A stretch of 62,153 nucleotides of DNA, filler included, from Choristocarpus tenellus KU-1152 (lineage: Eukaryota > Protista > Phaeophyceae), in assembly GCA_964200185.2 (NCBI GenBank). It is 13 parts of 13 records of this genome, joined end to end, with 100 filler letters (N's around TTAATTAATTAA, not from the genome) between each part and the next. Parts side by side here need not be neighbours in the genome. Positions count along the whole stretch, not along the records: positions 22,106 to 27,034 come from CAXNAD020012490.1; positions 27,135 to 34,417 come from CAXNAD020006411.1; positions 34,518 to 37,217 come from CAXNAD020025525.1; 10 more parts are not named here. The stretch is one strand, 5' to 3'. This document shows, piece by piece, positions 24,460 through 36,715 of the stretch (the first letter of the stretch is position 1; each line of letters starts with the position of its first letter). A program made the position numbers and the translations under genes. The notes under the pieces are model-generated. The model was not told the DNA's origin and ran no database searches. It worked only from the letters and a program-made list of their open reading frames with translations.

Positions 24460-24962
24460 AGTGCACAGGGGAACCCCCCTGTCTTTGGGGAACCCCCACT
24501 GTCATGCGTTTGCTTTTTTCACTTCTTTAAACGAAGATTAGGGATGTTTTTCAAAAACAAGTTAGAGTCAAAGTATCTGAGAGGGTAAAGCTGCGTCCAT
24601 TCGGGGATCGAAATTCATTGTTGTGATTTTGATGTAATTTTGGCTATCGTCTTTGTTAAGAAGTGTCGAGATATCCTTATTCTAGACACACCTTTCAATA
24701 TCATACACATTTTACCTACTCCGAAACATTTCGGGGTAGGAAAATGTTATAAAAAAACTGTGGGAAGTCAAGCCGCAAATAATGGACAAATATGGGAAAA
24801 CTCGTACCCTCTGAGATACTTTCACCCTTAGGGTTAGGGTTAGGGTTAGGGTAAGGGTGAGGGTTTGGGTTGAAGATAGGGTTAAGTTTACAAAAATGCG
24901 TGTGAAAACGTGAAAAAAAAAAGTGAGGTTTCCCCAAGGACAGTGGGGGTTCACTGTGCACT
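24460..24962. mobile_element. TIR element (third MITE-like family) with internal telomeric repeats, split by a family A MITE
   Basis: Left AGTGCACAGGGGAACCCCCTGTCTTTGGGGAACC versus right reverse complement AGTGCACAGTGAACCCCCACTGTCCTTGGGGAAACC; (TTAGGG)n at 24828-24885. Confidence 0.7.
24565..24827 (-). mobile_element. MITE family A copy with TTA TSD
   Basis: TTA|GAGTCAAAGTATCT...AGATACTTTCACCC|TTA. Confidence 0.92.
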
Positions 24963-25399
24963 GCACCTCCCCAGATCATGTCTCTTCAACAGGCTTTCAA
25001 AAATCATCCATACGACATCTTCCAAGCAAAACAGACAAAGTTGATTTGATATGTGCCATCTCTCACTGCATGGAATACACTCGATGACAGTGTCACGGTG
25101 AAAGATGGAAGCCTCACACTCAAAACAGTCAAGGAATCCATTTCAAAAGTCGTTGTTGACATATGCTGTTGGGATGGACACTTCTGCAATCCTAAAGATG
25201 TGTGACCCAATATAGGACATACTGGCTACCTAGATATTGCCATTCTACCCCAAAAAATGCCCAGTGACCAAATACCAAAATGATCCGCAGAAACAGAGCA
25301 TCACATCGGAAAGAACTGTATCAAAATCCACATCCAGATCTCCAAGGCCATGCCCGTTGAAAAGGTACTCAAACTTTTCCCAGAAGATCTCCTCAACGT

Positions 25400-26800
25400 T
25401 GTGGGGTGCACAGTGTGCATGGGTTGAGCACTGTCTTCCAGTGTTTGATCCACACACTAAAGCAGTTCACCTCCAACAACCAGTAGCACAGTTAAACCTG
25501 ACTCTTCTGCGACACACAGAGCTCTTCTACACGGCACGCCACCTCTTTCTCTAGAAGTCCTAGCTGCAGACACACCATGATAGTCGGAAAGGACACTGAG
25601 GGACAATGTCCTGTAGTCACTAGGGTTCGGGTCAGTACTCCCTTTGTGACACATAGAGAGAGTTTGGTATCATTGACTAGTGTCGACAGTTGACCCGTCC
25701 ACTAGAAATATTGCCCTAGCGTGAGAGCAACCACATTGCATGGATACCGATCTGTGCCGTGTACGATCACACTTACTGTTACAGTCTACATGGTAACAGT
25801 GAGTTCCATCCCTGGATTTGGTAGATATTCATTAACAAACAAATTCAGCATGTGATAAGCATTAATTGATTCAGAATTCTAGAGTCGAGTCCTTCTCTTT
25901 CTCACGGAGTAAATAGCCCTTGCATCTTCTAATATAGTGTCCAAGGTGTCGCCCCCTCCTGAGACTTCAAATTTACTCTGCAATAAGTGCCCCTTGACAC
26001 ACAACTGGACGGGATAGACTTCTAGTATTCCGAGCTTCTAAGACCACAACCTTCTCAACAAGGGAACAAGCCTCTGCTCAGAGCATGCACCACAATCCTA
26101 GACGACAGCACTGGATAGTGCCACCTCCTACAATAGTCGACCAGGATCTTCATAGAGCATGTTTAAGATTAATCAAATTGAGTTCCACCAGTTCTTCCAT
26201 GCATTGGGCCACCTCTTTTGCCTTGCAAGACTTGAAACCACTACCCAGATCGCTTCATCAGAACCAACGATTAATGAAACTCAAGGTTGTAACACTTCAG
26301 GAAAGAGTTTTACCTTTGCCCCTGTCTCCTTCGGTTACACTCAAACTTCGACAAAAGGGGAATTCCAGACTTACTGATATTATCACCCAACCCTCTTCAT
26401 GCTGATACTGACACATCAACGAGTTCACCCCCAAGAAAGACGAAACACAGCAAGGTTATTACGATTCCACTCGTCATTCAAGAATTCCTATTTACCAACA
26501 TTTCTTAATATTCCACAATTTCTTCTCCACCATACCCATCCTCGCATTTACCATAGGCCAACGAAATTGCCTACAGCACGACACTGCAACTTTTGTGAAA
26601 GAAATATACTCTGTCTTTTCCGACGGAAGTTTCAACACTTACAACACACAGTTTTCACCTTTGCTCCATATATTCAATGTGTTCCATGTGCTCTCTTACA
26701 AAATATAATGGTTAGCAAACAACCCACAATCCAGATGTCCGTGGCATACGCTCAGCACCAACTTTCTAGCATGTACTTCTCGTAAGCTTTACCACGACCA
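25400..26800 (-). pseudogene. Probable decayed Mutator/MULE transposase
   Basis: Minus-strand remnants in MULE order: DEWNRNNLA (D.N...LA), HEEGW...GDRGKG (E..W...SDR.KG, ~26310-26400), SWIM-like VDC...QCGCSHARAIF (~25710-25790), and a terminal Cys-rich segment. Many stops. Confidence 0.5.
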
Positions 26801-27337
26801 CTACTCACTTCTAGAAGAAATGAAAACTGAACTGAATAGAAACTACATTTCCAGGCAAGATCGTCACTCAAACGACACCAACTTCGCGACCCAATCTCAG
26901 CAGACAAACAAGCGTCTTCTTACTACGGCATCACCACTGTACCGATTATACTAACAAGTACTTCTTCAGAGCAATCGATACAATGAAACGACATCATGAA
27001 GGTTCCCGTGAGATGCACAGTCCGCAATGCTCCTNNNNNNNNNNNNNNNNNNNNNNNNNNNNNNNNNNNNNNNNNNNNTTAATTAATTAANNNNNNNNNN
27101 NNNNNNNNNNNNNNNNNNNNNNNNNNNNNNNNNNAGGGTTAGGGTTACCTTGTGTATTCGTGTGAACAGGTGTGTAGGTATGTAGGTATGTAGGTATGGC
27201 GTCTTCAAGTGCACTTCTTGCTGCCCCCATGTCTTAGGGTTAGTGTTAATCTTCTTCTACCTTGTCTTCCTCTATCCTGTTGTTCCATCCTCTACACTAT
27301 GTTTGTGTGAATCAAATCAATACGTGTTTATTTCAAG

Positions 27338-30300
27338 GCTGCTTCCAGAAGGTGAACGTGTAGCTTTAACCTGTTATGATCGGGTTGCCCTTGGGGGAGA
27401 GCTGCTTCTTTTTGACCAACCTGTGTCGCGACCACTGGCAAATGATGGTGAGGGACTGGCAGCCCCGCCATCCCCAGAATTTGCTGTGGAGGAGCTTCAG
27501 AGTGCCCTTCAGAACAAGGATAGACAGGCTGAAGAGGTGATCATTTCTATGGTGGGGTTAGGGTTAGGGTTATCATATCCCTCTTGTGCTAGGTTTAGGG
27601 TTAGTACACTGTGAAGTACACACACAAGCACTCTCGCATGCAGGTAGACACATATAGAGGTGCATCTTGATATTGGTGATAGAGTATGAAGGTAGGGTAT
27701 GTAAAACAAACCTGTTCAACAGAGTTATTATCGAATATGTGTTGGTCACACATACACACAGACACAGGCAGTTTGCATGACCTAGCCTTTGGGACTGAGA
27801 TGCCGGCTCTTTGGCTGTATCTCTCTTTTCTTGGCGGCTTGTTACTTAGGGTTAGGGTTACTTTGTTCTCATCCGGCTTTGGACTTACACAACAACATGC
27901 CATCCTTTCCCACATTGCTTTCCTATGGTGTTTATGCTTCTGTCTACACAATTGAGTATGATAATAATGATATTAATGATAATAATAATAATAATAATGT
28001 TTACTAGATGCTGGCACAGCGAATGCAGCAGTTTGAGGATGAAAAGAAGAATTGGGAGGAACAGCGAATGGCAGCACAGGCGGAAGGGAAGACGTTTGAT
28101 GCTGCTGAACCAACCATGGATGAAGAACGAGAAAGGGCTTGGCAGGTGCGTTGACAATCTGGGGGGGGTATGCCAGTGATGTCTTGGAGGTACACATCCT
28201 AATGTTAGTATTGATATCAATCTTGGTATTTTTTTGGTGTTGTGCTATTTCCAATGTGTGATTTTATTTGTTGTATGTCATACGTCATATTGGTGTTCTT
28301 GTGATTATATTTACAAGCATTACTCTGTTGTGTTAGTTGTTTGTAGATTCTTCATGATGTAATGGTGATGTTGAGAGCAGTAGTTCATTTTGAGTAGTAC
28401 CAGTTGATATTTTTCCATCAAATTAGTTCGATTGGCCTTGCCTAGGTCGTGCCAGACATCTCTAATTATCAAATAAAAGATAGGAAGGTTAGGGATGTGG
28501 TGTGGAGATCAACGTATGTGCCAATGGAAATAGCTTGTACTTTGCAGAATTTTATTTTTTATTGTATGTTCTGCCAATAGGATGCATTTACCCTGCAACA
28601 TGCCTTCCCCATTCTATGTGACTGTTACTACTATTGTACTTATTTCCATTGCTATTATTATAATTGTTATTTATTGTTGACAGTAATCATTGCCACAATG
28701 TTGATGTCATTTCTTTGAAGCATGGTTTAGTTACTGTAATGGACAAGGTTGCTTTGTATTCACTGTTGGTTTGTACATTGTTGCTATGTAGTTACTGTTG
28801 GTTTGTACACTGTTGTTGACAAGGAATAAATCAATAGTCAGGGTTAGGGTTTCTTTCTTTGTAATACCCATGTAATACCCTCTTACCTGCTTCCTAGAGC
28901 TCCACCAACTCTCCTTATCCCCTGCTTCCCATTGCAGGGTGTAGACAAGGAGATTCTAGATGTCCTGCCCAAGACCAAGGAAGCCAAAAACATTGTCCAT
29001 CTCATGGACAGAGACACCCTCACGTTTGATGTTGCCCTTCAACGAACTGAAGATGAGGTGATGAACCCTAACCCTAACCCTAACACTATCACTCACTATC
29101 ACCTCACCTTATTAACTTCCCTCATACATTCTGATAATACAGCTGGATGAGTATTCTATTTTATTATTTTTGTGCAGTAGCACTTTCACAAGTGTCACAA
29201 CCCTAACCCTAATTTTTCCTTCAATGCTACAGTGTAGGCAAAGCACATTCCTCAACAAGTATGGTGTGTATTGGTCCTGATTATTTGATCCCCTTAGAGT
29301 AATCAGATCTTATCCAGCTCCTCTCAATCTCTCGTCCATGATATAGAATACTTGATACAGCATACATAGTACAGAATACTTGATGCAGAATACTTGATGC
29401 AGAATACTTGATACAGAATACTTGATACAGCATACATAATACAGAATACTTGATACAGCATACATAATACAGAATACTTGATACAGAATACTTGATACAG
29501 CATACATAATTTAGAATACTTGATACAGAATACTTGATACAGCATACATAATTTAGAATAGTTGATACAGAATACTTGATGCAGAATAGTTGATACAGAA
29601 TGCATGATACAGAATACTTGATACAGAATTCTTGATACAGAATACTTGTGACCGAGCAATCTGCTTGAATTTTGACCTCCTTGGTATTTTATGTCAGAAC
29701 CAGACAGCCACTTACACTGCAGTCTTGACTATTTTGATTGGTGCATTACTTTTCCATAACCTTTCCTTACATGCAGTTCAAGGGTTAGGGTTAGGGCATG
29801 TTTCTAGTTTCAACGTTAGTTCTGTAGTCTAGGACTTGCTGTTGTGGTCAAGGTCCATGTTGAGAACTGAGAATGTGGTTCTTGTCCCCTTTGTAGCATC
29901 CCTTCCTCATTTTCCCACACTGGAAGACATATCTCCTGGCAATGCTCTGGGCCTAGCAATCTCATTCAATTGAAATAGCATTATCCTTCATTTGAAGGGG
30001 ATTGTGTTTTATTCCATGTAAGGTATTCCATGTAAGGTATTCCATGTAAGGTGTTCCATGTAAGGTATTCCATGTAAGGTATTCCATGTAAGGTGTTCCA
30101 TGTAAGGTAATTTTGTTTGTTAAACGAGTGCACATGTTTTTTTAAAAATAAAAAATGATCTCTTGTGCTTGTTGGTGATGGGTTTGTTTACTACCCTAAT
30201 ACTGATCACAACCCTTGCCTCCTGAGAAGGTAGGTGTTCCCAAGGTCAAGGTGCGTGTGGAGAACAGCTCTTTGGCTGGGGAGGGACATAGCATCCTGCT

Positions 30301-32994
30301 GGACCCCATCGACTTCCTCCATGGCTTCAGTGTGCTCAAGGACGAGCTGGTGGGGTGGGGAATGAGATGATAGTACAAGTGACACTTTTGGTGGATGCTA
30401 TCTTCAGTTCTTGCTGTTGTACTTGTTTCATCCTCTAACCCTAACCCTAACCCTAACTCTAACCCTATCTGGTGTTTGCCTGTTTCGAGGGAGGAGAGGG
30501 AGGGTAGTATGGTTTAGGGTTAGGGTTAGTTTACAGAGATTGTCCACACACAAGTCTACCGGTTGTAAGATGTTGGTTGTATGATGTTGGTTGTAAGATG
30601 TTGGTTGTATGATGTTGATTGTAATATGTTGGTTGTATGATGTTGATTGTAAGATGTTGGTTATATGATGTTGGTTGTGTGATGTTGATTGTAACATGTT
30701 GGTTGTAATAGTATGTCACAGGGTAATCGTTATGACAATATTTAGGGGGTGGGGGGAGGTTGCTGTGAGAAGGCATCCCTCCTATTGACTCAAGATGACA
30801 AACATGGTGCTCTCTTCATTACTTTGTATTGCTATTCTTGCTGTGTCCCCTAACCCTAACTCTGACCTCAACCTTGTTTGCCATCTACTTTTTCCTCACT
30901 ATTTTATGAGTCAAGTTTGTGGTACTTGGAAGAGTGGGCAATTTGCTCAACCAATTGTGACACTCCCAAAATGTATGCACTATATTAACACTATATTAAC
31001 ACTATACTAGAACTTACTATAGTTCTTTGCAGCTCTATCCCTCCCCTAACCCTAACCCTAACCCTTTGTGTGTTTGACATGGCCAAGGTACACCTTCGAA
31101 CAGCCAAGGAGAATGGAAGGAGTTATACTGTGGGTGTACACCATGATCCCATAAAGGCAAGCCCACAACTTACCAATAGTTCTTTTGCATGGGTTCACAA
31201 CTCAGTCCTTTCAACAATGATACGGCATTTCCATTGAAATGAGCCCTAACCCTTATGATCAACTGTTTGCATGTAGGGTTAGGGTTTGCTTGAACGTGGG
31301 AGGCATTGCGTGATTTTGAAGTGCAGGTGCTGTGCTTGATTTGTTCTGTTAGTTGCACTTCTGTTTTTTTTTTTAATACCAATGTCCCACCTGGGTAGGC
31401 ATTTGCGCTGACATTATCCATGGACCATCATCCCACAAGTCGCATGCTCTCCCCAAGTGAACCATCTAAACCTTCACTTTATGATTAGGGTTAGGGTTAG
31501 CCTGTACCCAGAACCCTTGTTTCACAAATTTATATTTTTTTAATCCTTACGTGTTATGGAGTTGGGAAAGTGGTCCAGCTGAGATTTGAAACCACAATGT
31601 CTAATTTTGTTATTGTGAGATGATGATGATGACGTTGTGATGGATATGGATACGACAGTTACACCGGGGGTGACTGTTTCAAGGTTACCTGCCTTGATGG
31701 AACAGTGGTAGCTAAATATTTTGTACATTTCACCTTTCCTGTGTGTTGCTAGTCATCTCAAAGTGGGTACTATCCTTGAGATGTTCCAAGTTTGTTGTGA
31801 AGTTTGTCAAGAGGTGCTCAAACTTTGATCTTCCTCAATCATTGCTGTGTGACTTGAGTGTCTGTGTTGGCATGTGTGCCTTGTATTTTTCACTTGTTGC
31901 TTGCTAAGAGACACTGTTACATAGGGTTAGGGAATAAGGATGAGGAATAAGGATGAGCATGCTTGCATGAGGAATAACATAGGGCTAGGGTTAATCAGTG
32001 GTACAACACTGCTGTGAAAGACACAACTAAGAAATGATAGCTACTTTTAGGTTACACCATCAATAACATAATCCAATAATGACTGTACAACCTACCTGTA
32101 TTTATTTGGTGACAGTCACTGATTTCTTGGTGAAGGTCGGTGGCCTGTCCCTAACCCTAAGTTTGGAGTCCTACTTGCTCCCCTAGGTGTCACTGGTTTG
32201 TGCATGTTGCTGTGTACACCATGTATCTAGAGTCACGAACTGAACAAGTAGTAGCTATCTGTGTTTTGTCACTTTGACGAACTGAACAAGTAGTAGCTAT
32301 CTGTGTTTTGTCACTTTGACGAACTGAACAAGTAGTAGCTATCTGTGTTTTGTCACTTTGACGAACTGAACAAGTAGTAGCTATCTGTGTTTTGTCACTT
32401 TGACGAACTGAACAAGTAGTAGCTATCTGTGTTTTGTCACTTTGATGAACTACACCGCTGCCACCGCTGTTTTATTTTATTTTGTTTTATTTTATTTTAT
32501 TTTATTCAGTTTCTTTTGATTTAATTTAACCTCCATAGTCTTTTTATGCGTATGGGCATATTCAAAGAAACTTCAACCACTTCCGAACCATGCAAACAGG
32601 TACATTGCACCTGAAAATGGTAGCCAGCAAGCCCTGTGGACTGGACGATTTTTCTTTTTGACGATTTTTCCTCACTCGTACTCTACAGAATCCGTTCCTT
32701 TGTGAACTTGATACTGCCAATACATTACAACTACCTTTAAGGAAGGGTTCTTGTTGGACTCTATAATGTTGTTAGTTGTTGTCCTGATGTCTTACTGTGT
32801 GCTGTCTCCATTGGGATGCTCCCCCGTTGGTGTCCCTAACCCTAACCCCAACCCTCTGTTTTTGCTGCCCCTTTGCTTCCTAACCCCAGCTCCTGTTTGA
32901 CAACACCTTCCACCTTGGTACGGGTAATATGTTTCCTGAGTTTATGCTGTACAATCTGGAGTCAGAGCAGGATGAACGTGTTGTGGAGATAAAG
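27338..32994 (+). CDS. Kinesin-3 family motor (KIF28/KIF1/KIF13-like), internal fragment, 6 exons
   Basis: In-phase exons 27338-27536, 28008-28145, 28938-29057, 30230-30349, 31088-31156 (GC donor) and 32890-32994. They give an FHA C-terminus (LTCYDRVALGGELLLF), a coiled coil, ILDVLPKTKEAKNI..., VKVRVEN...FLHGFSVLKDEL and DPIKLLF...LGTG, matching the post-FHA architecture of kinesin-3. Confidence 0.75.
29340..29648. repeat. Intronic minisatellite, 14-bp units (GATACAGAATACTT / GATACAGCATACAT)
   Basis: About 22 units visible directly. Confidence 0.95.
30011..30108. repeat. Intronic minisatellite, 14-bp ATTCCATGTAAGGT x7
   Basis: Directly visible. Confidence 0.95.
30561..30707. repeat. Intronic minisatellite, 14-bp TGTTGRTTGTAWGA x~10
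   Basis: Directly visible. Confidence 0.9.
32236..32451. repeat. Intronic tandem repeat, 42 bp x5 (identical units)
   Basis: CGAACTGAACAAGTAGTAGCTATCTGTGTTTTGTCACTTTGA, with no spacers. Confidence 0.97.
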
Positions 32995-33508
32995 GTTGGT
33001 CAATGTGATGCCCTTGAGATGTCAAATGAAAATCACTATCATACATCAAACAAACATGCAGGGATGGCATTGGTTGCTGCCTCTCTCCCCTCTGGCTGTG
33101 TGCAGTATGTTTTTATGTTTTTTGTGGTACTAGCCCTCGTAAGGGTTATAGGGTTAGGGTTAGGGTTTTGAGACCATTTTTACGTCGTGTTGGAATGTTA
33201 GGGTTAGGGTTGTGTATTATATTCTTAGACAACAGCCATGTATTTACAAATTATTGTATTGCATGCCCCCCACCCTGTGCTCCATGCAATTAATGCATTC
33301 TAAGTTTGGGTTTTTTATTGCAGCAACGGGGTTACATTGTAGGGTTAGGGTTAGGGTTGAGGTCATCAGTAGTATTTATTTGAGGTCATCATGTTCCCGT
33401 TGAAGAATTTGATGGGGTAGATAGGCATATATTATATACAGAGTTTTCTGGTAGTATATTGTTCATGCAAGGTTTGTGTGCTCTGTGGCGGTGCGACTGA
33501 CAGTGGGG

Positions 33509-33592
33509 TAGCAACAGGTGTACTTAGGATAGCAACAGGTGTACTTAGGATAGCAACAGGTGTACTTAGGATAGCAACAGGTGTACTTAGGA
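33509..33592. repeat. Tandem repeat, 21 bp x4
   Basis: TAGCAACAGGTGTACTTAGGA. Confidence 0.95.
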
Positions 33593-34840
33593 TTCTGAGT
33601 TGAACTGAGGCAAATACAGAGAAATGTGAAATGGTGTGTTTTGTGAGGAACTCTAACCCTAACCCTAACTCCAAGTCGATGGCGGTTTTTGAAAGTATTA
33701 TGCTTGGACAGTGAAGAGTTGACCCCATTGTAGAATGGGGTATCTTCTTAGTGTCTACTGTTGTCTACACATAAGATTTACTACAAGCATTTTGAATTGA
33801 CTTGAGTAAATTTAGTGCTTGAGAGGAACAATTTTGAGGATTTTTTACCATTCAGTGCTTGCGCTGGCTTGATGTGCGTCAGTCTTCACTGCTTGTCAAT
33901 CTGGCACTCTATCGCCATGAACCAGCTGTGAACCGCAGATCATTGACTTAGGGTTAGGTCTAACCCTAACCCTATCCCTGACAACAGATCATCGACCAGA
34001 CTATATTCCAAGTTTGGTATGAGGTGTTGTCTTGTCATTGTGCATATTGTTCTAGATTATAAGTATGCTTTAAGTATGCTTCAAGGTTGGGGCAAAGAAT
34101 GTCCTCCACAGTCACTCGTTATGACATGGTTAGGGTTAGGGTACACACACCTGTTGTGGGCAGACAGGCAGACTGTCAACTAATACACACTGCCTTCCCT
34201 ATCCTTAATCTTATTCATTGATAGCATATGTTAGCATACCTTTTGGGGCTGAAGATCAAGCCATCTTGATTTTTAAATTCATGAATCGTTTTCCCACATA
34301 ATTTACATCAATATTCTGTCCTGCTCACATACTCTCAGTGAAGTATTCCAATACTTTCTCCCAGGTCTTCGTCCTTGCTCCCTAATGGGTCAAAGTATCT
34401 GGGGGGGGGGGGGGGGGNNNNNNNNNNNNNNNNNNNNNNNNNNNNNNNNNNNNNNNNNNNNTTAATTAATTAANNNNNNNNNNNNNNNNNNNNNNNNNNN
34501 NNNNNNNNNNNNNNNNNGGGCTATGATTTTTTTTTTTTTAAACAAACCCTTGCGTGCTTGTGTTCACAAGATGTGCATATTTCAAACGCTAGCAGTATTT
34601 CAACCGACAGTAAGAAGCGCCGTCCCACTCCGGGTAACAACCAACCAACTAACTAGTATATTCATCCCCTTTTGAAGTAGTAATTTAAATCATTTTTAAG
34701 AGTATTGTTATTATTATTATTACTACCTTTTGGATTCAATCCAAGTAACGCCTCCCATAAGAGAATACACACACACACACACACAAATATTTATATATTT
34801 ATACATACATACATAGTGAACAAATGCAATGCGTTCAAAC

Positions 34841-36715
34841 CTGCAAGAGTTGGGATTCGTTGAGGGCAATCCAACCGTCGGTCTTGGCAGCAAGGGCAAA
34901 ATGAGACACAATCCTTGAAAACGCCATCGACTTCAAATTTTCACACAGGTAGGTATCCGCCGCGGCAAACACGGAGCAGGCGTTTTCGTAGTGCAGATTC
35001 GAGGACAGGACAGTGCACATCTGGCTCCTGAGACCCTCCACCTTTGAAAAAAAAGAAAAAGATAGAAACGTGAGACATGTACACGGAGAGGATCAAAAGC
35101 ACAATATATATATATATTTATTACATTTTTTTTTAAATTACAGATTTTTGTTTACATTTTTTTCTTTTTTGACCTTTTTAAAAATAAAATAAAAGAATAG
35201 ATAAATCTTTCCGATGAAAGTCACAACAAGAACAAAAAAAACAGGATCTATTTATGCAAGGGGGTTGCAAAAACAGGACAGAAATCCTTTTTTTTTTACA
35301 GTCAGAATAATCTTACGTACTCGTCGCGCGCACACAGGGGAGAGAGAAGCAAAAAGCACATGCAAACAAACACATCCCCCAAAAATTCAATAATAGCGCT
35401 CTTCAAATCAAGGATTCAAAAACCGATGCAGTCAAAATAATAATAATAATAATAATTAAAGAATAATCAATACTTCGATAAACTTCCACAGCCGATAGAA
35501 AAAAGAGAAATAAGTAATACTTCAAAATGAAATAAAATCGTTTTTTTTTTCCCGAAAAGGATCGAAATCGAAAATAGTCAAGAGTACTTTTTTTTGTTTC
35601 ATTCGGTCAGAGGCTTTTCAAACGTTCCAACATTCAAACATTTAAATATTAAAAAAAAAACATGGCGAGCATAAGGACCGTTTCCAGGAGTCTTACCTGA
35701 TACCGAGTTGCAAGTCCCAGCAGGTCAATGACCTCAGCAGAGGGAACCGATATGCTCTTGGCGTACATATAGTCCAGAAGCATCTTGAACTGGCTCCCGA
35801 AACACCGAAGCACATTACAGGGCACCACAGAGCACCACAGAGCACCAAGGGGCACAAATCAGACTGGGCAACCGTGAGAGGGGGGGAAAGTATACATGCA
35901 TATGTGTGTCCGTAAAAAAACACAAAAAAACACCCAAATCCTTCGTAGAACACAGAAAAAAAAACACAACAAGGATTGGAAGAGAACTCACAAGCGCATA
36001 CTCAAGATCTCTTTGAACCTGTAAACAAAACAAAAAAAACATACACACACAAAAACAAAAACAAAAACAAAACCCGCTCTTTTGAAGTGTCATGTTCAAA
36101 CACACATTGATACTCCCTAGCACTCGCACAAAATGGCCATTTTTTTGTTGTCTTACTGATCGACGACTATAAACTTTTTCCCATCACAGAAACCAAACCC
36201 TAACCCTAACCCTACCCCTAACAATCATTACAAACTTTTCTCACTGCAAAAGTCAAACCCTAACACAAAACGATCACAATAAACTCTTTCCCACCACAGA
36301 AGCCAAACCCTAACCCTAACCCTAACGATAACTACAAACTCCTCCCAATTGACAAACCAAACCCTAACCCCAACCCCAACCACCATAAACCTTTTCCAAC
36401 CCCAGAAGCCAAACAAACCCTAACCCCCCCCCCCCCCCCCCCCACCACCCCCCAAACCAAAAACATTCCTACTTCCGATGCACTCCTTTCTTACAAAAAG
36501 AAACACACACTCTCTAGTGTAAAAAACAAAACAACCACCTCATTGGGTAGAATATCCTTGAGCTCTATGACCTCCTGCCCCCCTTCCTTCATCCCCGTGG
36601 TCATCATTGCGCCGAGGAAGGTGCGACTACAGGCAAGAACCGCCTTATGCGCGTGGAACTCCTGCCCCCCCACAAGCAGCGTGACATCACAGAGCAGCTG
36701 CTGGTCGTACAAGTC
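34841..36715 (-). CDS. BTB/POZ-BACK domain protein (Kelch-like/SPOP-type), 3 internal exons
   Basis: Phase-0 GT-AG exons 36715-36539 (CDVTLLVGGQEFHAHKAVLACSR), 35789-35697 (FKMLLDYMY...ATRYQ) and 35041-34841 (ENACSVFAAADTYLCENLK). Confidence 0.92.

Larger units (their letters stand above)
27135..34141. repeat. About 27 short interstitial TTAGGG/CCCTAA tracts, all outside the exons
   Basis: Examples at 27555, 27846, 28840, 29064, 29781, 30433, 30513, 31045, 31485, 32834, 33142, 33340, 33653, 33948 and 34128; both orientations. Confidence 0.92.

Noticed and set aside
24828-24885. True chromosome end
   Set aside because: Only a few units, internal to the contig and enclosed by TIRs.
29310-29659. 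Repetitive ORFs (YQVFCIKYS...)
   Set aside because: Translation of a 14-bp minisatellite in a kinesin intron.
32236-32451. CRISPR-like array
   Set aside because: Identical 42-bp units with no unique spacers, inside a eukaryotic intron, and no cas genes.
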